Shown here: one piece after another, positions 59,401 to 64,000 of the stretch
Layout of the letters: every line of letters starts with the position of its first letter
Position numbering within the stretch: position 1 is the stretch's first letter
IMG/VR virus record: IMGVR_UViG_3300010153_000001
Source of the DNA: an uncultured virus (IMG/VR IMGVR_UViG_3300010153_000001)
Taxonomy: Duplodnaviria; Heunggongvirae; Uroviricota; Caudoviricetes
Length of the DNA stretch: 64,000 bases
Reading direction: 5' to 3' (one strand)
Translations under genes and position numbers: made by a program
The notes under the pieces: generated by a model
Told to the model about the DNA's origin: nothing
The model's database searches: none
The model's input: the letters and a program-made list of their open reading frames with translations, nothing else

Positions 59401-60997
59401 AGGAAGTTTATATCAAACTCAAGGACAATTTGTTGAGAGAATGATAGAATTATTATCACCAGGTATGCTTAATGATGTTTCTACTGCTCCTTGTCCATTA
59501 GGAGGTCAACCTGCAGGTACAGGAGTAATTAATGTAGGTGTTAATGTATGGAGTTCTAATGGTATGACAAATTTAAATTCAGGTGCATTAACAGGTAATC
59601 CTTGTACTGCTATAAATTGGACAAATACTAATATGACTAGTGCTGCAGCTCCAAATCCAGCAAATTTAACAACATATGGTATTGCAGTTAATCAAAGTAT
59701 AGCACAATTAGCTACTGGTTCTGCTGCTAGACAAATGGTAATATTTATTACTGATAGTGGGTGCAATAGTTGTACTACGGCTTGTCCAGGAGGTGCATTA
59801 AATACATTTAACGGTGGTCAATGGAGTCCTGCAAATATGACTGCTAATTTCTGGGGAGCTGGTATTGAATCAAAATCTGTATTCTCAAGTACGGGAGCAC
59901 CTCCAGCAGGATGGCAAGTTAATTCTGCATGTTTAGTAAATGATCCTAATGAACAATATGCTGTAACACCAGCTACTTTTGGTAATGTTGCTGTAACCAT
60001 AATAGATTCATTAATAGGTTGTGATTGTGATGGTCTTGGTGTACCAGACATTCCATTAAATTGGGCTCCTCTTGTACCATGTAGTCCAGTTGATAGTGAT
60101 CCAATACCACAATGTGCATCATGTGAATGTCCTGATGGTTATACAGAAGTACCTGCAGCGCAACCATGTAATTCAATGACTCCACCAACATGTAAAAGAG
60201 TATGGTGTGAATGTCCTCCTATACCTGTAGTAGATCCAACTCAAGCGTTAACATGGTTAACAGGAAATTGTGATGATCTTATCTTATATGATACTCCTGG
60301 TTATATAAATACTGACCCTCAAATTTGTCATTGGGAATATGAACAATGCGTACCTGCAAATTATGATGTAGGTGGTATATGGAAACATAATGTTAGAAAT
60401 GACTTATTTACAAATTATTATGGTCAAGATTATCCTTGGGAAATTTCACTAATAGAAAATTCAGGACAAGTAGTTAATACTTTAAGAAGTATAGAATATC
60501 AAATGGAGTCTTATGTATATAAGAACTTTAATTTACCACGTCCACAACAACTTATAGGTACAGATAGATGGCATGATTTAGATTGGAATTTTGATGAAGC
60601 AGTAATATATAATTCAGAACAAGTATCAGGATTACTTACACTTGATCTTACTCCTAAAAATAATATTGTATTATTGAACCAGTATCCTATAATCAATGCT
60701 ACGGATATACAGATACTGTACTCTAAGGAAGAACAAAAATATAGATTCAATCAATTCTGGGATGTAACAGATGATAGAGGAGAATTTACAGGTATAGAAA
60801 GACCAATATGGGTAACATCATTAAATGGATATATTAAACAATTGAATGCTGCTAATCTTAATTATGCAAAAGCTGCAATGCAACACAAGAAGTTTAGACA
60901 CTATTATAATGTAGTAGTGTTAAGAAAGAATGTATCAGGTGATAGAAAGATGTTATTAAAATTAAATAATAGTAAAATGAATGTATCTTTTAGATAA
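53447..60997 (+). CDS. Muzzle/tail stabilisation protein with two inserted VWA domains
   Basis: 2516 aa; RDEVYSFFIRF...SSSYHIPGR, WTVSYDP...WISFHDW, FNQFWD; MIDAS motifs IDCSGS and IDYSGS. Confidence 0.75.
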   Translation: MAKKQKKQQAANNSLPQNTSSTESNLFMKGMIKDTFSSISSKEVWEHAVNAINNSIDGDTGVIGNEPANFECAEIPYTIIGSIHIYGDHWAIFSTDNFSSEIGTFDDSKCEYIRLVNDPCLNFNKEHLIIGASKENFECKYQLYWDDGINPSRTIILEDPPYLQVETSGPTIDGTACSIYVNAEPLTLDCERIRLAPLVDTPCLDLQKAPEGGQLRNGMYQAFIAYTINDQVYGDYIGISNQQSLFEHEDNAGSLILRLSNLDKEFDQFQLVILSNNQEEVAAKVLGEYYTEQTVIKIDYIDQKLKSLPLDYLPLRRSAYERSKGMFVVNDYLVRTQPTNQFDFNYQPFANQIQANWASIEYPADYYYNGGNKPTFLRDEVYSFFIRFIYNTGERSSSYHIPGRMPQFFNAGGVMIMENNVIPGDPNALDPTDPIFKVYNTAWVSSPAINTTQPDGGILRSRGALAYWESTELYPQDVTRYGANCGMPIRHHKMPDENTANNGTTDRATAAGDGIHNIAIEFTNIAWPRDNDNNLITNIVGYEFLVGSREGHKSILGKGILKNMMQYQPTTPGGADGSSQFFIPNYPYNDTTPDPYIKGPGGGGGGAGGYNNWSGSGYTDWLSGCPDATTGMYNIYSNTTCTFHSPDLMFNRPYLNAWELKSYGVLTGTQTGSFKPSERHPGEKLLRNSTAVLAAFVGIGYAIYQMRGKTNTQMTTGRVLDMGYREQGSITAHGGNSGTFAGGGAGAWSPVAGASSNYNTGTWTPRSGGDGTFDASAPNQNRWQYGNSMGTPTVPMFGGGTGTGAPGTGTYDNTSNTMFLGFGGTAGGNLSNKMGSDTWINAQIGQWNNSPGSIGPGVTQVQEGSRFSNKPFWMGLLSGAQEFMSFIAEGGQEIIDLIYNLTSWKQYVYKYNSHGWYRITNQLPPGTVFRHQVNTARYLNGAISQLTPNIRINNLNRPTTVAVNLNGAGLQNPFMLGFANDQSKFTIGGAPGTVDWYNPGGAATTGIAAHYCALKFNIDNQYGQLEDIKQIPIRGCIELFEDQLVLDGAGDPIINELIRFNSQILFGGDCFINRYTEKAIMPFFWDYLHKRERDGFVWDYRLYPNVPYPRYWMNTEKYRLDELTRNLGGVAFIAAVAGGFNGAFPNDYYHMDRDPASCGGGLWNAIAGLGTPGSLFTIHDAYMYLHCNGVNDFFVESELNLAQRDHGDDMEKRHYDRLTFTATNDLFDVDILKAGNYYKYDKSLSIDQNLFQTVGWGAIQDRTYDPLVAETCYTTWHKRLIYSLQAKKEAKKDFWRVFLPLNYKEFKDAVNTVKPINKTGALVLFPKLSPQIFTGNDVLTTDAGTKVTVGDGGLFVDRNWKELVNSDVSHEYGSSESSRGVLNTPMGLFYISQEQGKIFQTQGSQLINITNTGMKWWFNKYLPSQLLANFPEIEPCPSMIDNPVISAGCQTVYDTNNDIVYFSKRDWSMTDQYSNSECIEYIPCEGFYVNETLCSSVAQNITCPDGYNYNAVTQMCEKIWTDVPFGPPPPACELDIMLAIDCSGSVPQNTNVTAMRNLVQGIINVFSPSMALGNTQIGIMGWGTRAFARGEYSAAAIATNPLLGPVGLTYNPGLLDTTTGWMNAYTCAVYPTTCNVTSGTGYGDAIWSGTNELFNPTPDTGGVGTRNGVPKKLVILNDGWDATTTGTGNVGSTNPTGTDRSVTRPIYTNTGQTASFVAIPTTPPMIPTAPDTGVVGRISNPQPDNLIQWIQTFVHANPQYQDPIDPNFIGQFEIIPGWLKNNNTPTTAELNYAQSVAGNDYITGDPNPFMAGDFQAANIPGIINDLVEKICPGVLPNCGPNCTYNAVTEECDCIEEVDPILEDVLTYIPFQLENPTYFQDVSWTVSYDPKAKAWISFHDWHPELTFNSINHFMTSKTTTTETPQCPPGYSFVNGECCLTVSGSDPANVFVDYQPSNVTLVDANRTAFSQPLDIVFSIDYSGSTAGGSLYQTQGQFVERMIELLSPGMLNDVSTAPCPLGGQPAGTGVINVGVNVWSSNGMTNLNSGALTGNPCTAINWTNTNMTSAAAPNPANLTTYGIAVNQSIAQLATGSAARQMVIFITDSGCNSCTTACPGGALNTFNGGQWSPANMTANFWGAGIESKSVFSSTGAPPAGWQVNSACLVNDPNEQYAVTPATFGNVAVTIIDSLIGCDCDGLGVPDIPLNWAPLVPCSPVDSDPIPQCASCECPDGYTEVPAAQPCNSMTPPTCKRVWCECPPIPVVDPTQALTWLTGNCDDLILYDTPGYINTDPQICHWEYEQCVPANYDVGGIWKHNVRNDLFTNYYGQDYPWEISLIENSGQVVNTLRSIEYQMESYVYKNFNLPRPQQLIGTDRWHDLDWNFDEAVIYNSEQVSGLLTLDLTPKNNIVLLNQYPIINATDIQILYSKEEQKYRFNQFWDVTDDRGEFTGIERPIWVTSLNGYIKQLNAANLNYAKAAMQHKKFRHYYNVVVLRKNVSGDRKMLLKLNNSKMNVSFR

Positions 60998-63900
60998 TGA
61001 AATTAAGTAGAGACGGATATAAGAGAAATAGTAAGGATGTAAACAATCCTTACAATGTAATACCATCAGGTGATATAACTATGAAAGGTGTTGATTTTCC
61101 TGTAATGGGAACAGATAATCTTGGTAATCAACAAGTTATGCAACCTGGTTTTGATTATAAATTTCCTGGTAATATGGTATTTGAACAACCTGTTCAAGAT
61201 AAACCAAAGAATCAAGTAAAGCAAAGAAGAGTAGATAGAGATAATAAATTAATGCCAAACTGGACAAAAGAAATGGGGGATGTATCATCACACCTTATGA
61301 CTACTATGCAATTTACAGATGATGATGGAAGTCCTATATATATTGCTATACCAACTTTATTTCCTACAACTGAAGGGCAAGAAACACCTGATCCAGCATC
61401 ATGGACTCAGTTTGCAAAAGGAGATGAGATGAGTGCTTTTGAGATGGCTATGGAAAGAGGTGAAGTATATTATTTTAGTTCTGCAGAAGAAGCCAATGCA
61501 TTTGCTAAAGGAGGTTATAAAACTCCAAACTTAAAAAAGAGAGATGGTGGATCATTACCAAAGGCTCAATTGCAACTTATTGATGATGCATACCAATGGG
61601 GAAAGAGTTTATTTTCTAAACCAACAATTGGTTTACAATATCCAACAGGAGGGTTAACTCATAAGTTTACAAATGCTCCAAAATTCCCTATAGAAGGACG
61701 AGCTTCAGATCATTTTGGATTGTTAAAGAATTTTGATTATACTTCTTTTCCAGATTGGCAGAGATATATAGCTGCATCTCAACCTCTTAGTTCAAGTTAT
61801 CAATTTCCAACACTTGTTAATGATGCTGCTTTTAATAATCTGGTTAATAACAAAAATTTAATTAATGTTAATTTATTAAGCCAATATCTAGATAAAACTA
61901 AAGGTTTAAATTCAACGCAGTTATATGATAGACAAAGAATAAAAAGTGCATTTAATGATTTAAATTTACAACAAAAATATGTAGATAAAGATTTATTTCT
62001 TGAAGAAGTTAATAAAACATTAAATCCACAATTAACGATTCCAAGTCTTACATCATTACCAATGAAAACTGGTACAGACTATGCAGACTATTGGATGGGT
62101 AAAGGTAATCCACATAAAACTTTTTCATTCATGGCTAACAGGGAGGAGTTTACTCCAACTAATTGGGATAACATGAGTGCAGAATCTCAAAAAAAATGGA
62201 TAGAAGAGAATTATCCTGATTTATCATCTACTATAGTTAAGCCTAATACAGATCCTCATGTTTTACAAACATTTATACCTAATAGTCCAGGAGTACCAAT
62301 GTGGGATAGGAGTGTAGGTTCTTCTCATTTTAACCCAATGGTAAATGATTCCTATGAAGGTGGTTTAACATTAGGTCATAATAGAATATCATTTGATCCT
62401 GCGTTTCCTAAGACAACAGTATCCTTGGAGAGACAGTCAGATTATGCCCAAAGATATAATGTAAAAAGTAGAAGTGGTAGTGGACTAGGAGCTTTTGATG
62501 AATATATGAATACATTAAAAGATACAAAACCTCTCCAAACAGAGCTAGCCATAGAAAGGTCAAAAACTAATTTGGATAATACTACAAAATTTATTGAAGA
62601 AATAGATAAAGGTGATGATGCTATTAGAAAATTATTACACTCAGAAGCTCAAGTAGAACATTGGACAGGTAGAACTTTTCATGAAGCAGTCAAAAACTTT
62701 TATAATGGTAGGGATTTTAGACCTAGATTTACAGCAAGAGGTCCAGATATGCAAAGTATTGATATGAATAAAAGTAATAATTATAAAATTAATAATAACG
62801 ATGTATCTTTTGATGCAACATATTTAAATTTTAATGATCTCACACATGATCAAATAATAGAGATAGTTAATTTACCTCAATTTAGAAATTACATAAAAGA
62901 AAATAAGAAATATTTTAAATCAGAATATGATGAAAATATTATTAAACATAAAGAGCAAGTTGCAAAAAATGAAAAAGAAATATATGATATTGAAAATTGG
63001 AGCCCACTTAAAACAAATTTAGAGAGATATAAAAAAAATGCTCCTACAATATTATTAAATGAGTTAATAGACTATAGTACAAAAATAGGTAATACACACG
63101 TACACCTCCCATTATCATCAACAGTTGCAAAAACTCAAGGGTATGATGCAAATAAATGGGGAGCACCTAATCCTTTATTTCATCAGTTTAAATGGACAGG
63201 TCATGATTGGAATAGTTTTAATAATGATATTAATGACCTAAGAAAAATAATGAAGTTAGATTTAACTGAAGGTAATACTAAATCTATAGGACCTTTTAGT
63301 TTTAAAGTAATAAAGGGTGAACCATTATTGTCAACTCCATCCCAAAATCATCCTAATGAGATAATTACTATTTATAAAAATCCTGAGACTGGTGAAGTAA
63401 CTGAATTTCTTGGAACGGCTCAAGAACAAATGAAACAAATGGAAACTATTAGAAATGAGTTCTTAACATCTAAAGGGTATAATCCAGAAGTAGATTATAA
63501 AAATGTAGAAGGAGCATATAAACCAGAACATCAAACTATATTAAATAAATCTTCTGAAACACAACTTAAAAAAGATATTGAACAAATTTTTGGAAAGGGT
63601 TATCCATATGAAATTATTACAGATGGCCGTGGTAATCAATATATTAGATTAGATCATACGGGTACCAGGCTTCCAATTAAGAATATTCATGAATATAAAA
63701 GTGGTGGGGAATCTCTACCTAAAGCACAATGGTGGAATCCTAAAAATGCTTATAATGCATTTAAAACTATGAAGAATTCTTTCTCTCCAGGAATTAAACC
63801 TATGAATGTTAGAAAAGTTGGAGATTTTGGAAAACCACGTTCACAATATATTTTCCAAGCTCCACATGGAGATCGTGTACAATCATTGAAGAATTATTAT

Positions 63901-64000
63901 AATCCAGATTTTACAAAGTTTTCTGAACTTAGAACACATCCAAATGTAGGAGATTATACGTATGACAAAATGATTGATGAATTTACTTGGCTTAATGATG
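60997..64000 (+). CDS. Large cargo/ejection-type protein, truncated by window end (not in ORF track)
   Basis: ATG overlaps the muzzle stop (TAATG); manually translated, open for 1001 codons: MKLSRDGYKRNSKDVNNPYNVIPSGDITMKGVDFPVMGTDNLG... Confidence 0.8.
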   Translation, partial: MKLSRDGYKRNSKDVNNPYNVIPSGDITMKGVDFPVMGTDNLGNQQVMQPGFDYKFPGNMVFEQPVQDKPKNQVKQRRVDRDNKLMPNWTKEMGDVSSHLMTTMQFTDDDGSPIYIAIPTLFPTTEGQETPDPASWTQFAKGDEMSAFEMAMERGEVYYFSSAEEANAFAKGGYKTPNLKKRDGGSLPKAQLQLIDDAYQWGKSLFSKPTIGLQYPTGGLTHKFTNAPKFPIEGRASDHFGLLKNFDYTSFPDWQRYIAASQPLSSSYQFPTLVNDAAFNNLVNNKNLINVNLLSQYLDKTKGLNSTQLYDRQRIKSAFNDLNLQQKYVDKDLFLEEVNKTLNPQLTIPSLTSLPMKTGTDYADYWMGKGNPHKTFSFMANREEFTPTNWDNMSAESQKKWIEENYPDLSSTIVKPNTDPHVLQTFIPNSPGVPMWDRSVGSSHFNPMVNDSYEGGLTLGHNRISFDPAFPKTTVSLERQSDYAQRYNVKSRSGSGLGAFDEYMNTLKDTKPLQTELAIERSKTNLDNTTKFIEEIDKGDDAIRKLLHSEAQVEHWTGRTFHEAVKNFYNGRDFRPRFTARGPDMQSIDMNKSNNYKINNNDVSFDATYLNFNDLTHDQIIEIVNLPQFRNYIKENKKYFKSEYDENIIKHKEQVAKNEKEIYDIENWSPLKTNLERYKKNAPTILLNELIDYSTKIGNTHVHLPLSSTVAKTQGYDANKWGAPNPLFHQFKWTGHDWNSFNNDINDLRKIMKLDLTEGNTKSIGPFSFKVIKGEPLLSTPSQNHPNEIITIYKNPETGEVTEFLGTAQEQMKQMETIRNEFLTSKGYNPEVDYKNVEGAYKPEHQTILNKSSETQLKKDIEQIFGKGYPYEIITDGRGNQYIRLDHTGTRLPIKNIHEYKSGGESLPKAQWWNPKNAYNAFKTMKNSFSPGIKPMNVRKVGDFGKPRSQYIFQAPHGDRVQSLKNYYNPDFTKFSELRTHPNVGDYTYDKMIDEFTWLND

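Noticed and set aside
4449..60360. Direct functional link between the MoxR ATPase and virion VWA domains
   Set aside because: The ATPase already has an adjacent VWA partner and lies in a different transcription unit; nothing in the sequence supports the link.
2197..60750. Short opposite-strand or out-of-frame ORFs in the track (e.g. 2197..2430, 17328..17624, 29484..29828, 38965..39345, 55644..55967, 57970..58242)
   Set aside because: They lie within longer motif-bearing genes and look like shadow translations.
1..64000. Stop-codon reassignment as in some crAss-like phages
   Set aside because: Genes are full length in the standard code, and TAA, TAG and TGA all end plausible genes (TGA at 1192, TAG at 36976).
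1..64000. CRISPR array, tRNA, rRNA, integrase, transposase, reverse transcriptase/DGR
   Set aside because: No repeat-spacer pattern, cloverleaf/T-loop motif or matching protein motifs seen by eye; tRNAscan was not run.

Overview
AT-rich 64-kb segment of a lytic tailed phage with crAss-like (Crassvirales-type) gene order, most likely infecting a Bacteroidota host (TAnnTTTG promoters, A-rich leaders mostly lacking Shine-Dalgarno sequences). Left arm (1-22.4 kb, almost all minus strand): early/replication genes including DnaB-like helicase, DnaG-like primase, SF2 helicase, Sak4-like ATPase, PD-(D/E)XK, RusA-like and HNH nucleases, a 2OG-Fe(II) oxygenase, and a MoxR-type AAA+/HExxH-VWA pair flanked by three apparent paralogues. 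A hairpin-rich non-coding stretch and the strand switch lie at 21.4-22.6 kb. Right arm (plus strand): thermonuclease, PhoH, putative endolysin, HU/IHF-like proteins, GroES, terminase, portal, major capsid protein, ring proteins, large Cys-rich FN3 fibre proteins, a phosphoesterase, a 2516-aa muzzle/tail-stabilisation protein with two inserted VWA domains, and an unlisted cargo-position ORF (at least 1001 codons) running off the end. Best candidate for a new system: an RNA hairpin at 49955-49995 whose 13-nt loop is the reverse complement of an AAAACCAA(CAA) motif in the translation-initiation regions of at least seven phage genes. All calls come from manual reading of motifs and gene order; no searches or folding programs were run. 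No DNA polymerase, tRNA, rRNA or CRISPR array was seen.
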